64,000 bases of DNA from Octopus vulgaris (lineage: Eukaryota): positions 92,690,001 through 92,754,000 of the forward strand of contig OX597824.1 in the NCBI GenBank assembly GCA_951406725.2. Reading direction: 5' to 3'. How positions within the stretch are numbered: position 1 is the stretch's first letter; each line of letters opens with the position of its first letter. Positions 38,919 to 54,455 of this stretch are shown here, piece by piece. The position numbers and the translations under genes were made by a program. The notes beneath the pieces were generated by a model. That model did no database searches. It was not told the DNA's origin and saw only the letters and a program-made list of their open reading frames with translations.

Positions 38919-39547
38919 TGCTTGCAAAAGAACGTATTTTGTTTTTTAGAGTGAACAAAGTTATTCAGTTCTTCTTTGTCCCACCTTTCATCTTCTGAGT
39001 CTAGTCGGCTTTTTAATATCTTCGTCTGTTCGGGGTGATATTCAAAAATTGATAAGCGAATATACATATTTAACAAAAAGAACAGTATCGTTTCTCAAAT
39101 CGGGTGAGGAGATAATTCTTAGAAAAATCCGTTATGAAAATGGTTTTGCCATCACTACCTGATACAGTTAAAATCAAGGAAGTATTAATAACGATGACAA
39201 CGATACCATCATCCTCATCAAAAGCACTATTGAAGAGAATGGTAAAAGAAACACGACCATCATATCAAACAGCTACAAATACGAGCTAAATCATTAGCAA
39301 CAATAATGGCAAAATTACAAAGAACACTGACACAGATATGATCACAGACACCAATTTATACGATGTACGGTCATTTAAGTCCTTCTTCAACAGCTGTAAG
39401 TATGCATATCTACAGGAAATGCCTTACGCGTTGCTATATTGTTTTGGAAAGAGGTGGGATTGGGAATGGAGCATCCTTCATCTTGGGTGAAGATGGTAAC
39501 TACGTGAGGATCACTGAGAGTTTGATGTATAGTATTTGTTTATTGCA

Positions 39548-39930
39548 CAAGCGTAGGAATGGCTTGCTTACGAACCACATAGATCCGGGTTCAGTCCTAC
39601 TGCGTGGCACCTTCGGCAAGTGTCTCCTACTATAGCCTCGGCCCACCAAATCCTTGAGTGGATTTGGTAAACGGACACTGGAATATATACGTATATATAT
39701 GTATGTGTGTGTATATGTTTGTCTGTCTGTGTTTATCCCCCCCAACAACCTTGACAACCGATGCTGGTGTGTTTACGTCCCCGTAACTTAGCGGTTAGGC
39801 AAAAGAGACCCATAGAATAAGTATTAGGCTTACAAAGAACAAGTCCAGGAGTCGATTTGTTCGACTAAAGGCAGTGCTCCAGCATGGTCACAGTCAAATG
39901 ATTGAAACAATGAAAAGAGAGAAAAAGAGA
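39548..39930 (+). mobile_element. full-length SINE family C (well conserved)
   Basis: GCTTGCTTACGAACCACATAGATCCGGGTTCAGTCC...GGCACCTTCGGCAAGTG...GGTGTGTTTACGTCCCCGTAACTTAGCGG...CTCCAGCATGG. Confidence 0.85.
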
Positions 39931-40678
39931 GTATGTACCTGCTATCCAGTGAGAACGAAAGATCTGTACCGCATTGGTGGATAAATATTCGTTTGTGTGT
40001 TAACAAAGCCACAAATGGCTTCAGAGGAAGAGTTTATCATAACTGTTCAAACGTATTTCACCATTACATATATATACGCATATATATGTTTAAATAGATA
40101 AATAGGTTTTTACACACATATGTGTCTATATATTTTTTTTTGTATATGTTCATACACTCCAATAACGGACAATGAGTGTTCGCCTTTTTTCTATGTCCTT
40201 GTAACCAAGGTTTCCGACAAAGGGACCAACAAAATAAGTAAGCAAGTTAAAACCTATACTCTAATGTCAAAACGTCGACGAAGCACTCTCCTTTGATGTC
40301 CCAGTATCGCCGCATTCCAATGGCTGAAACAAGAAAAAAATGGAATAAAAAGATGGAACCATGATATCGTAAAATTTTGTTTGCACACGTATGCATATTT
40401 CATTTATTGTATAGAAAGTTCTAATTAGCTTTTATAATGGTTTTACATATATTATAAAATTTGCTCTCAAAAACCAGGCATCGATATGGCGGGTAATTTA
40501 CATGATAAATAAAAGGAACTAAAAGTAACGAAATACAACGCCATCGATTTCCCGGTGAATGTTCCTTTGAACATTCCAGAATATAAAAAAATCGGGCAGC
40601 ATATAATAGTTTGGTATGACTTAGCTGCAGGGGATCTGGAGAAAAAGTGAGATGACTCACTATATGTATATATACATA

Positions 40679-40721
<43 letters not shown>

Positions 40722-40951
40722 ATTAATGTGTATCGCAGTACCATACCTTCTAGCTAGTTCACGGAAAATATAGTCCTTCATGGTTTATGTACATATATAC
40801 ACACTTACCCAGACACACATACATACAGACACACTTATAAGGTCCACACACGTAAGGGCAAAATCTCACTTCATCTTCATGTTTCTCTTACTAATTTTTT
40901 GTTTTGAATATATATATACATACATATATGCATGCATACATACATACATAA

Positions 40952-40993
<42 letters not shown>

Positions 40994-41002
40994 CATACAT
41001 AT

Positions 41003-41041
<39 letters not shown>

Positions 41042-41515
41042 CATATATACATACATACATAGATACATAGATACATAAATATATAGATAGAAAGAAAGAA
41101 ATGAAGAAAGATAGATACGTGTATTCTCGTGTGCGTGTACGTTGTGTGTATATCAATGTGCACATATGTGCGTGAGTGTATTTGTAGTACATGCGTGCAT
41201 ATTCAAGTGTTTGTGTGTGTGTATATGTTATGAGTTTGCTGTTGATAAATAATATTCAGGGCGAACCTACAGAGCGAACATTAAGAGTTTATCTGGTTTG
41301 TGGTTTGTTGATTGTCTGTGTAACTCTCTGCTGTATTCCCTGAAGCAATAAACACTTAAAGGCGAGCAATTTAATGTCTGCTTAGTAAATCCAAGCTAGC
41401 GGTGTAAAATGATTTCGTCATTGAATCTGGGGCAGAGCGTCAAAGGTAGATTTTTCAAAAAATAACATAAAGCACTTACATCTGAGAGTAAGCGTGCGTT
41501 CAAAGTTATTGCAAC

Positions 41516-41566
<51 letters not shown>

Positions 41567-41589
41567 AATATTTATACATATATATGTGA

Positions 41590-41641
<52 letters not shown>

Positions 41642-41696
41642 TTATATATGTGTGTGTACAGTGAGAGAGAGAGAAATACTTATACATATGTATATG

Positions 41697-41735
<39 letters not shown>

Positions 41736-41863
41736 TCATGGGGTTATATATATATAAAACTATATATTTATGTATGCTTGTGGATATATATATATATATG
41801 TGTGTATGTCTGTGTGTGTGTATATTGTATATATATATGAATGTGTGTATATATGTATATGTA

Positions 41864-41905
<42 letters not shown>

Positions 41906-42273
41906 ATATACACATATACATGCACAAACACACACTCCACACATATATTTATATACACAAGTTGACCTGACACTAAGCATTAACAGAGGACATGTGAAAT
42001 AGTAAAATATAGACCGTAGTATTGAGTCAGCATAGTGTTCAAGGGTTCGATATCTCGAGAGATTACCGTTTCATCTTTACATTCATACATATTGTCGTCA
42101 CAAGCAAATTATTATCTCCGTTTCAACATTCAGTACTCGTCTCTTCATTATTAGAGAGTCAAAAAAATATTATTTGCACCATCCAGGTACAAGCCTGCGC
42201 ACGCACACATATGTACACATACACATGTGCAAATATATATCTATATATATAAATATATGTATGTACACCCACG

Positions 42274-42312
<39 letters not shown>

Positions 42313-42359
42313 CACAAATTTTCAGAAAAACATAGTGATATAAATATATGTATATATAT

Positions 42360-42530
42360 AGGGGTAGGCGTGACTATGACTATATGGTAAGGAGATTGCT
42401 TCATAAGCTCAGGGTTCCAGGTTCAATTCCACTGCATGGACGATTGGGAAATTGTTTCCAACTATAAGTCCTGGAGTGAAAACTTTGTGAGTAGATTTAG
42501 TAAACGGAAACTGAAAGGTGCTCACCTTCT
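42360..42530 (+). mobile_element. SINE family C, 5' half
   Basis: GGCGTGACTATG...TGGTAAG, GGTTCAATTCCACTGC, GTGAGTAGATTTAGTAAACGGAAACTGAAAG. Confidence 0.65.
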
Positions 42531-42597
42531 TTATATATATATATATATATATTTATATATGTACACACACATTCATTGAATGTGTATATGAAGATAA

Positions 42598-42628
<31 letters not shown>

Positions 42629-45001
42629 TATATATTTATGTATGTATTAAATATGTATGTATATGTCTGTGTATATAGATGTATGTGAAATTCATACGGA
42701 TGTTGACCCTCCGACATCGCGATAGATTTGGTGGTTAAACACACCAAAGAACTTATGTGTAACATATTGGTATTGATTACGAATCTTTGAATCGATATTG
42801 CATTGCATATTGTAACCCCCCGCCCCACATACTATTGCTGTTTGAAGTGCGCGTTACAAACCCTATTTTTGCTCCTCTTTTGCTTTTCTTTTCATTTCTC
42901 GCTTTTACATTGTACATAATGTTGTTTGCATGTTTTTTCTTTGTTTATGAAAGTGATGCAGATTCCGTCGACATTCTCTATATATGGAATGCTTCTTTAC
43001 CAATGTTTATTCTTCTAGCAGAGATCTTTTGAAATTATCTACGTACGTTTTTTTCATACATACTACATACAAGCATACATACATATATATACGTGCATAC
43101 AAACTTGCATACATACATAGTACTTACATACATATATATATGCATACAAGCATACATACATATAAATATATATATATGTACATACATACTTGCATACACA
43201 CCTACATACATACATACACACATACACACCTACATACATACACATATACATATATACACACTTATGTACATACATTCATGCATTCATACATGTGTGTGTG
43301 TATACAGGTGTGTTTGTGTCAGAGTGCATACTTCTGGTTATTCTTCTCTTTTGTTCATGATATTCTCATCTTCCTTATGATACGGATTTTGTTTACGATC
43401 CATTGTCCTCCTCCCGAGCGCTCTCCACCCGGTTTTCAATCGCTTAATTGACGGCTTGAATGATTTATAGTCTGTATAATTACGTGTAATTTCCATTCTA
43501 CTGTCATATCAGCTTCGCACGATACGAACGTGTTAATACTTTGACAAAAGGATTTATAACGGATTTTGCTAGGTGTGATGTAAGTGATGAAATTACATAA
43601 TGCCTTCCTTCGACAGTGGATTTGAAAGGGCTAAATCTCTGACAGCTTTCATTTACATTTAGAACATTCTCGCGTACAAGCTTTTGTGTTGTGTTGCCAA
43701 TAGATGTGAACTTGGTGTTTGCGATGCACTCATACGAATTCCTTGAAATAATTAGTGTATGCACTGTTCATTACGATGTATGTGTTTAGAACAGTGTATT
43801 TGAAATGGTTACCACTGTTTAGTTCCATTTCTTAAAAAGAAAACATCTGTTTATCTTCGTGTAACACTTCAGAGAATTTCACCTTGGAATAACTCTCTAA
43901 CAACATTTGCCTAGTGGCAGATTTCTACTATGAATATTTTAGCCCATCCAGGTGTATTATCATACCGAATGAGATACCCTGGAAAGCAAATTTTGGCGTT
44001 AAATACAGTTACAATTTGGTAACTAGCAAACAACGCTCACCATGTATTTTTATTCTATGGGTCTTTAAAGCATGAATTTCGCAAACATTATATCACACCG
44101 CATTGCCAATAGCAATGTTTTAATAGTACTCCATTATATCTAACGATAAAATATTTAAATATTTGGTGTTATTCAGGTAATATAGCAGCTGGATTAGTTC
44201 TATGACTGGACAATCCAAACTGTAACTCTCTGAAATATTCAGAAATTATTTATGGATGTAATAATAATGAGCAATAATCTTAATATTTGCTGCGGTCAAC
44301 ATAAATTGAACCATAAATACTTAACATAAATACATGATATATAACCTGCAATGAAGAAGGCAAATCGTGAATGGTATTCATAAAATTTATATACAAAACG
44401 TTATCAATGTTGCTGGCAGGATGACATATCACCTTTTCTTCAAAACTTAAAATATTTAATTCAATATTGACAAGTCATTTAGATAGTGTAATAACTTGTC
44501 CCAGACTTGTAAATATTACACATTCGGTTAAATTATTGAACTTTAAACTACATGTAGCTTGTAACTATTATATTACTGGAATATATGGTATTGATAAAAC
44601 TTGGAAATAGAATTTCTATGAGCCGTTTGCATCTACTTTTATATTAAACTTGAGAGAATTCGTAGAATGATTTAATGATCCAAGGACGGTTGTTCAGTTA
44701 ACAATCGTAGATATTTAATTTAATAACAAACCACTGCAGTAATAATCTAACATAAAACTACACGAAGTCAGCAGCGACGTTTTAGGTTAAAAGTTTTATC
44801 TACTTCTGTTATTGATCCTGCTGCGGCCATGCTTGAGCAGCGTCTAGAAGACGTTAATTGAAACACTCGACCAGAATTACACATTTTTGTAATGTCGTCT
44901 CTGTAAGCTTTCAGTCCCTTTTCCTTTGTATCTGTCTTTGTGTCTACCTGTTTGTTTTTCATCTGTCTCCTTATCTATCCGTTTGTATTTGTATGCATGT
45001 G

Positions 45002-45471
<470 letters not shown>

Positions 45472-45472
45472 C

Positions 45473-45771
45473 ATTGTTCCTTCTCGAGTCATGCCTAGTT
45501 CATAGGGCCGGTTCACCGGTTTCATTGGCGTATAGGTTCCCCAACTGGGCGAAACGCCGGTCCGTCGCAGTGGACCTGTAAGATGCAGGAGGAAAGAGTG
45601 AGAGGAAGTTGTGAAAAAAGAGTCAGCAGAAGTTCGCCATTTCCTTCTGCCGGAGCCACTTGGAGCTTAGGTGTTTCGCTCATAAATATACACATTGCCC
45701 GGTCTGAGATTCGAACCCGCGATCCCTCGACGGCGAGTCCGCTCCTCTGACCCCTAGGCCATGTGCCTCCA
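45473..45771 (-). mobile_element. tRNA-derived SINE, family A-related head with a V-domain-like tail
   Basis: Minus strand TGGAGGCACATGGCCTAGGGG, GGGTTCGAATCTC (B box), CTGCGACGGACCGGCG, and tail GACTCGAGAAGGAAC. Confidence 0.75.
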
Positions 45772-45859
45772 TACATACATACATACAAGTAAACGTTCGC
45801 TCATCTTTAAGATGTTTTTTCTCAGAGTGTTTGACAGTGGGCGGTCACATTTACACAAT

Positions 45860-46255
45860 TTGTGGTATCCCGTGCTGTTTCGTGGATACTATGGACTTAT
45901 TAATTTGTCTTCCCTTCATGGCATATCCGAGATTTCAGCGTTTCAAAAAGGCGAAGGGGATAAATTCACTACAGAAAATCCGGTGGACGAGTTCCTAAGG
46001 AATATATGCAGAATTACATTTATGCACTATATGGCATCACGTGTCGTTCCATGGAATCTATGGTCTTATTAAGTTGTCTTCCATTCATGGCATATTTGAG
46101 ATTTGAGCGTTTCAAAATAAATTCCCTACAGAAAATCCGGTGGGAGAGATCCTAAGGAAAATATTTTCAATTACATGTATCCAATGTAAGGCATCCAGTG
46201 CAGTTGCATGGATACTAAAGGAAACTTGTCTTTCCTTCGTGGCATATATGTAATT
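45860..46255. repeat. ~160-170-bp tandem repeat, about 2.3 diverged copies
   Basis: TTGTCTTCCC/ATTCATGGCATAT...GAGATTT.AGCGTTTCAAAA...CTACAGAAAATCCGGTGG...CCTAAGGAA recurs. Confidence 0.8.
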
Positions 46256-46905
46256 GGAGAAGGGGTAAATATACTTGGAGCTAGGCGTTTACTTCTAGAA
46301 AAAGATTGGCCAGGCTCTCAAAAGGTGGTTAAGTTAGTTTCTCTAAAATACTGTCAAACAATATTGGTCAAGTGACCAGATCATTAATACGTCATTGCAA
46401 TAGTATTTTAGTAACACGTCCGTTTCCATTTACCTACATTTTCCAATAAATGGAACCGTTTTACCCGCAGGGGTTTTTGACTACCTACATAGAATTTTAC
46501 GGATAGAATAAGAGTTACGAACAGACTTAAGAATAGTAATTTACACACTTACAATAATTGTACAACAGATAATAAGAAACGGCATACGATTAGAGGAAGT
46601 TTTGCGATGCTGATGAGGGGTTAAGCACAAATAAGTATATATATCTGATTTCTACACTGTTAACAACCGCAAACGGACTCCATGCAGCATATATTGGAAG
46701 CTCTTCACCGTTGGCCGGCATTGTTCCAGAGGAAAACCAAGACTGCGTATATAATTGGAGTTTAAGTACACACATGAGGCTATACTTGGTGCGACTTCGG
46801 CAGAACAAACCACAGACAATTAACGACATTTTCACATATATGCACAGACAGAAAGAACTAACAATTGAGCGTGTCCGTGCATATATATGTATATATATAT
46901 GTATG

Positions 46906-46936
<31 letters not shown>

Positions 46937-47228
46937 AAATAAAATATGCAACTGTATTATATTTGTTTTTTTCAACATTGATGTTTGCCAACATATATAC
47001 ACATACGTGTGTCTGTACATAAAGTGTGCGTGTATGTGTTTGTGCCAATATAGTGGTCGACATGTTTGCATGTGTATATATGTGTGCATACGTGTATGTT
47101 CATGAACATCTATGTGCAAATAACAATGGGCTATTAATATTTTATTATATGCATAGGCGAAGATGAATGTATAAAAGCACAAATATTCATACTACAAACA
47201 AGCCGACATATGTATATATATGCGTGTG

Positions 47229-47289
<61 letters not shown>

Positions 47290-47321
47290 GCACACGCACA
47301 CATATATATATATGTACATAC

Positions 47322-47352
<31 letters not shown>

Positions 47353-47601
47353 AGTATGTATGTATGTATACATACATATATATGTATGTGTAAATGTCTG
47401 TGTGCGTGATTATGAATGTGTGAAGTTGGAAAGGTGTGAATATTTTGAGAGTAGTTCGTATGAATTGAAGTTTGTCTGGTTCGTTCTATACTTATACAAC
47501 CTGCTTTAATTGCACACTAACACAGAACGACAACATCACACATGTAAGCATACACTAACTCACTCACTCACTCACATACACTCACACACACACACACACA
47601 T

Positions 47602-47651
<50 letters not shown>

Positions 47652-47759
47652 CTGCAAACACATAATACCCGTTTATAAGTACAAATATAAATATAGTGCA
47701 TCTAGGTATATATATACGTATGTATATATATGTATATATATATATATACAAATGTATGC

Positions 47760-47794
<35 letters not shown>

Positions 47795-47897
47795 TATATA
47801 TATACATGTATATATATGTATATTTGTGTATATATATATACATACATATGTATAAAAATATATTTATATTTCAAAGATACATACATATACACATTCA

Positions 47898-47955
<58 letters not shown>

Positions 47956-47960
47956 TACAC

Positions 47961-47992
<32 letters not shown>

Positions 47993-48448
47993 TTATGTAT
48001 GTATATGTGTCTACATATGCAATTTTATAAAGATAAAATGTAAGTATTAGCCCACACAAAGAAAGATGGCAAATATCAAATATTACATAAGAGACAAGAA
48101 AAACACTACACACACGGTACCAATGTTTCTTTGATATGATTTACCATTATTGATTAATAAATGGATAGACGTTTCTTCCACTTCGCCAATTTGAATGGTT
48201 GCTGCGGCAACTTTGCGATCATTAAATCAACTTCTAAAAGCTTCTTTTCATAGGAAGAGAGGTATGAATATTTCGGAAGGAAATAAACAGAAACTCGCAG
48301 TGTACGTGTGTGCGTGTAGGTGGAAATCTATATAAGTGTATGGTATGGATGTAGTTGTGGCTGTATAATTAAATATATGTATATATACGTGTCTATGTGT
48401 GTTTTTGTGTGTGTGTGTGAGTGTGTGCGAGTTTGTATAAATATACAC

Positions 48449-48520
<72 letters not shown>

Positions 48521-48665
48521 TTATCAGCAGGCACAGGCACGCAGACAGAAACATACACGTGCGCATAGATACATACATATATATATATATGTATGTATGT
48601 AAGTATGTATGTATGTATGTATGTATGTATGTATGTATATATATATGTGTGTGTGTGTATGTATT

Positions 48666-48706
<41 letters not shown>

Positions 48707-49411
48707 AGAAGGAGAAATGGGAACGGGTATTTTGTACCTCTCCTAATACACTTTTCAGACAGACACACACACACACACACACACATTCGAGCAGGCACGC
48801 ACACATTATATGTGCGCGTGTGTGTGTGTCTGTATGTGTGTGTGTGTGTGTGTGTGTGTATGTATATATTCAACAATATCGGTTATAATACATCTTTTGT
48901 TTCCTTTGTATATTCCTCAGAATATTTTTGAAATACCTTAATATTTCAGAAATTTACCTCATTAATTCCTGTATGTTTTTCTAAGTAAATGTGTATATAT
49001 ATATATTCATAAAAATACATTTATATAAATTATATAGTTGTACACATATATGTGTATACACGCGCGCACGCATATATACACACCCACACTCATACATACA
49101 TGCATGTATATGTCTGTGTGTGTGTCTGTGTGTGTAATGAACCTCTTTTCCTTCGAACGTGTGCCGATATGAACATAAAGGACTAATAAATATCAAAAAT
49201 GTTTAATAAGAGAACATTGAACTGGAACGCACTCATATCTACAATTTACTAGGCAGTTACTGACGCACACACACACATACACACACACACACACATACAC
49301 ACACGCGTGCGTACACATACGCATAAATCCCTATACACACCTAAGAACTCGTGGAACCACTCTTGTACAATATCATTACCAGCTACATTATATTCTATAA
49401 CATATACCTTC

Positions 49412-49457
<46 letters not shown>

Positions 49458-49989
49458 CTCTATGTGTATGTGCATGCGTAAACATACGTGCTCATACACA
49501 TTTTTCTACATTCATGGTGCCTTGCATATATATATATTCTCGCCATATTAGTTATAATGTTCTTATTACAATTTCGTAATTGTTTCATTGGCGGCTCAGT
49601 TCTTAGATATATCTATTTAGTTTTCGTGCTTTTGTGTTTTAAAACATCTTGCAATTCATGAGGAAGGACCTTCACCGTTTTGGCTCTCTCGGTATAACCA
49701 TTCACTAACCAGAATTATATTCAAAAGACAAATTATACCATAGAAATCAATTTGTATTCAATGCATTGACCAAATATATAAGAATAATTAATATATTCTT
49801 CCACTAATTGCATTTCCTTTCCACTCTGGCAACGAAGCTGACTTTGCGAATTTTGTTTGCTTGCATAAGAATGGTTTAATTTTGTTGTGTATTATGCGGT
49901 GCTTAATTTTTGAAAGCTGCTCATTTGTTCCCCTTTACTAAATCCATCGAAGACTATCCCAATGCGAAATATCTGCTACTGTGAAAGGC

Positions 49990-50370
49990 TGAAATAGTTA
50001 AACCTCTAGTTCTTAAAAACATAGGTGGGAAAGATATGTAGAGATATATGTTTGGAAATTCCTGGAATGATGTACTAAAGTGTGGCACTAAAAGTTACAC
50101 AAAAAGCAAAATAGGATGCCATTGCACAGTGCCAAAGATCCGAAAATCATCATCCATATACAGAACAAGATACTGGAGCATCTTTCGTTTCAAGACTCTG
50201 CAGCTCTTCAATATTGTCCCCAAAATCCCGAGAGCTGTGTTTGGGATGAAGATAGGTGGCTACAAAACAAAACTGAATATCTTCCTGTCAAGACTTCCAG
50301 ATGAACCTACTTCACTACAGGAAACGCAGATGAGGGCAGCAGAGCAAAACATTTTTATTACATTATATTG
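49990..50370 (+). pseudogene. CR1-group LINE ORF2 extreme C-terminal fragment
   Basis: IGCHCTVPKI...YRTRY...LQLFNIVPK...KTKLNIFLSRLPDEP matches the LFN.LP...FK..LD.FL..VPDEP ending of CR1-group ORF2. Confidence 0.7.
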
Positions 50371-50598
50371 GCCATAAGGCCTTACATAGAGAAAGGAAGT
50401 CACGGGCTGGATGTAGACATAATGTTATATGAAATGGAAATGAAAATGATGATTAATGGGAGGAAAACGACACCCGTCGATCGATTTTTCCCGAGTACAT
50501 TGATCTCTTGTATATTGTTCATGAGGCAACAAACCTCTACACTGTTTACAATATTTAATAACAAAAGGAACTTTCAATAACAGAGGTCTTTCAACTTC

Positions 50599-50852
50599 TT
50601 ATCCAGATTCCTCCTCAACATCGCTTGTGCCCTCATCCTTCGCCATCCCCCACGCTTCATTCAAGATCAAAGCGGGTGCCGTGTCGGCGTCACCCGGATA
50701 CAAGCGATATTTCTCATTGAGTCCCTCCTGGCTAAACGTCACGTCCAACGTTATGACCTCCACAGATATCTGCAGAGGCCATTCGGGATCCTGTGTGCAG
50801 GCTAAAGGTGCTCCCTTACGGTGCTTTTCCACCACCTTTTCAACCTCTCTGC
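50599..50852 (-). CDS. candidate terminal coding exon of an unidentified gene (REVEKVVEKHRKGAPLACTQDPEWPLQISVEV...EEESG*)
   Basis: Non-repetitive GC-richer island. Pyrimidine-rich acceptor TCTTCTTCTATACAG just before 50852. Open frame with purine-rich first codon positions to TAA at 50601-50599. No homolog recognised. Confidence 0.35.
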
Positions 50853-51897
50853 CTGTATAGAAGAAGACCAATAATTCGTCTCAGAACAAAACTTATTCAT
50901 TCACTAATTACCACATATCTGAGAAGGTTTCAATGAGAGTGTCGTAAAGCTGACGGTGGTACACCAGCATGGCCGTACCTCACGACCCGAAACTATTCAA
51001 AAGCCTAAAGCTTATATAAACTACCACATTGACTCCTATTATACATATCAGCCGTAGTATCCACGCTACAGGAGATATATTATATCAAATCTGATTCACC
51101 GGGGAATGGTTAAAATAGAAAAAAATATCCCTTGTATCTCAATTTATAGAAGTGTGATGAGGTTATATTTCAGGTTGTATGATAAAAATAAAATACTTCA
51201 TGATTCTTTCTTCCCAGAATTCTTATTATAGAGGGCAACGCTCTGATAATTTATATATGATTGTGTATATGTATTTATATATGATTGTATCTTGCATCCT
51301 TCTGATATCTGTATTCTCTACACTTCGTAAATTTTGAATGATTTTCAGATTTGGAGTTTGAATTGTGTGTAGTTTGAACCAAATTATTGTGAAGCTTCAT
51401 AAAGCACATTCACCGTTGCCTACCATGGCATATTATGAATATAGAGTAGCGAGCCACCGGTGTTAGGTATACTGTTAAGATGTCTGGACGTGATTTGTGT
51501 CAGATTTATGTTTAGGAAGCGGAGCAGCCGCATAGAAACAGTCATTATACATACTGCTCAATGTCTATAATCTAGACAAGACTCTAAACAAATACAAAAT
51601 CACAAGATTGTAATAGCCGTGCATTAATAAATATTCTCTTTCATAGCATTAATATAAGGCATTGTTAATTAAATGTATGAAAATGCTATATTGTATTATA
51701 TCAAATGTAGTTTACAGACGTTTGTAGCTTTAACATTACATATTCTCCTCGCTCTAATAATGTTTATTTTTCTATTTCTGGCTATTTTTTTTTCAGATAT
51801 TCTCTCATCAAATTGGAACCTTGAAGTGGAGCAAATGTCTTAGTCGATTCATCGGCTCGGATAAAAGCATATACATATGTAAATATCCACGTGTTTG

Positions 51898-51946
<49 letters not shown>

Positions 51947-52889
51947 GAGAATATAAATATATATATACACATACACACACATACATATCTATATGAATAC
52001 ATACACACACATACATACATATATATATATATACATATATATGTGTGTGTGTGTGTGTGTATTCACAGACAGAGAAAGAGAGAGGGGGATAGACAGACAG
52101 ACAAAAATCGATATATTTTCTTATACTCTTTTACTTTTTAATTGTTTCAATCATTTGACTGTGGCCATGCTGGAGCACCGCCTTTATACGTTTTTTTTTT
52201 TAGGGGGAAAAAGAAAAGCCTACAGTTGTACGTGATAGAACTTGTTTTGTCACTTCGGCTCAGACGAACTCGTTTTGTTCCATTGGTTTTCGAACAACTC
52301 CGTATAGTTTAATGAAAAATCTGACATGTTCTTCACTCCCATCTTTATCACCTATTGCGGTCGTTTAATTGTGAACGATTTCTATGTATGCGACACAATT
52401 ACAACCTGATGCGACACACTTTCTATTAAGTCAGTGGCAATACTCATTAGAGAATTCGATTTTCCCTTCAGGGTCGTTCATTTGAATTTAATAACGTGTC
52501 CAGTCTTTTACTCTAAGTAATGAGAAACACCTTATTCAATATACCGATTCACCTCTTTCTGACAAGAATTGTTTACAAACCGGAAACTTGTAAGTGTGAA
52601 GTACATTGACGGCATTTCAAGTGAACCGCTTGTTAGAACTTTTCAGTTAATGATTAAAATGACTTTATTACGCTATGTATACAAGCATGTCCGCTGAGAT
52701 ATGGCATTTGTTTCAGCGGTAATTATGTGATAAATCATTGTAAGGTTTATAATAGGCTCAAAAATATAGCCAAACCCCACTTAAATCCAACACTGAAGAC
52801 CTCTGTTCAAAAGATATTGATAAAGACTATATTGGCTAAAGGTGTATTAAATATACGTCCTTGCAATGAAATGCGATGGCCGTAGCAGC

Positions 52890-53345
52890 AGTGAGAGTTA
52901 TAGCAGTCACAATCTAATCATTACGGGGAAAATGTTTTATGGCCATTCGTCAGTTTTTATTGTTTGAGTTCTAATTCCGCCAAAGGCGACTTTGCTTTTC
53001 ATCCCTATGGAGGTCGATTAAATAAGTACCAGTTGATGACTGGAGTTAATGTGTTTGACTTTGATCTTGTTTGGTTGGAAATTGCTGTCCTTGTATCAAA
53101 ATTTGAGACCGATATAACAAAGAAGTTAGGCAGCGAGATGGCAAATTGATTAACACGCCGGTCAAAATGCTTTGCAACAATTCGTCCGTCAAAATGCTCA
53201 ACAGCATCTTAACGTTTTCAATTCAATTTCCGCTGAGGTAGGTCAGCGTTGCCTTTTATCGTTAGTAGCAGTTGAGCACTGGAGTCGATGTAATCGATAT
53301 ATACGCTGTAACCGAATTCGTTGGTCCTGTGCCAAGATTTGAAAC
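52890..53345 (+). mobile_element. two tandem decayed SINE B copies
   Basis: GAGTTCTAATTCCGCCAAAGGCGACTTTGCTTTTCATCC...GTCGATTAAATAAGTACCAG, then a second head GGCAGCGAGATGGCA at ~53129. Confidence 0.65.
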
Positions 53346-54143
53346 CAACACAATAAAGAAGTTATTTTCATTTTTGGCAGAAAGCAACTAATTTTGAGGA
53401 AAGTGGTCAGTTGTTAGCATTTTTATCTTTCGTGAAGGGACATAAAACTAAGTTGAACTCAGCGGTATTTGAACCCAGAATGGAAAAGGCGAGAAGAAAA
53501 TGCCACCATGTCCCTACTTTGATATAACGAATACCAAGGCACGTACCATCTTATGTGGTGCGTTATACATCGTATGGTGCGATGTGGTGCGATTCTCCAT
53601 CTTATGTCATGCGATATACATAAGTTGAATGTTGTCCGCAAACACACAAATGGAACAAATATATTTTGGTTCTTAGTCCTTTGTGGATATCAAGTGATAT
53701 TTTGAATCGCAATCTAACATTGACGTGCTCTCTGGAGATTGAAAAGGAATCACAGAATCATCGCCAAAAGGTAGCCAATTTCTCATCGATCGTTGGTTTC
53801 ATACAAAACCGTTTGGAATTCTATATAAATCAGATGAAACCTTAAAAGAAAATACGCAGGTGCCAACTTCAGTATGAAAAATATTCATACAAGGGATATC
53901 AATAAAGAGAAAATAATAGATTTGTCTGCGATTACTGATGTTAGTTAATTCACAGTTCTTTCTTCAATTTCCCTGTCTTTCGTTATCTTTCTTCCTCCTC
54001 ATTCTCTTCGTGACCTCCCTTCGTGTTCTCACGAATACGCTCATTTTCACGCGTGCATAAATGAGTATATACACTCATAAACTCACAAACATACCCATAT
54101 ACATACGTACAAATCCATCATAAATGGATGCACACATATATAA

Positions 54144-54199
<56 letters not shown>

Positions 54200-54455
54200 G
54201 TTTATGTATGTGTGTACTTTGCCTTTCATTGTATTATGTATGAATTATATTATATTTAAACATCCGTTTCATAATGCATCAATTTTATCCATCAATGGAT
54301 GTTTATTTCAACTAATTATTTATAGATGAAGACAGATAACCCATGTATTATTTGTATTAAATTAGACATTTTTTATGTTCGATTGGCTCTTTGGATGCCG
54401 TGAATATGGAATAATAGAATTCTTTTCTCCACTTTAGGTTCATACGATTAATATA

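Noticed and set aside
38819-39076. 85-aa minus-strand ORF with a charged stretch (SRLDSEDERWDKEE)
   Set aside because: Runs into microsatellite and repeat sequence, with no convincing donor site or recognisable domain.
43504-44430. Complex AT-rich region with an 86-aa ORF, possibly a transposon remnant or exon
   Set aside because: No motif could be recognised in any frame.
51797-51843. Plus-strand mini-exon after TTTTTTTTTCAG (ILSSNWNLEVEQMS*)
   Set aside because: Acceptor-like sequences are common in AT-rich DNA, and there is no supporting partner exon or homology.
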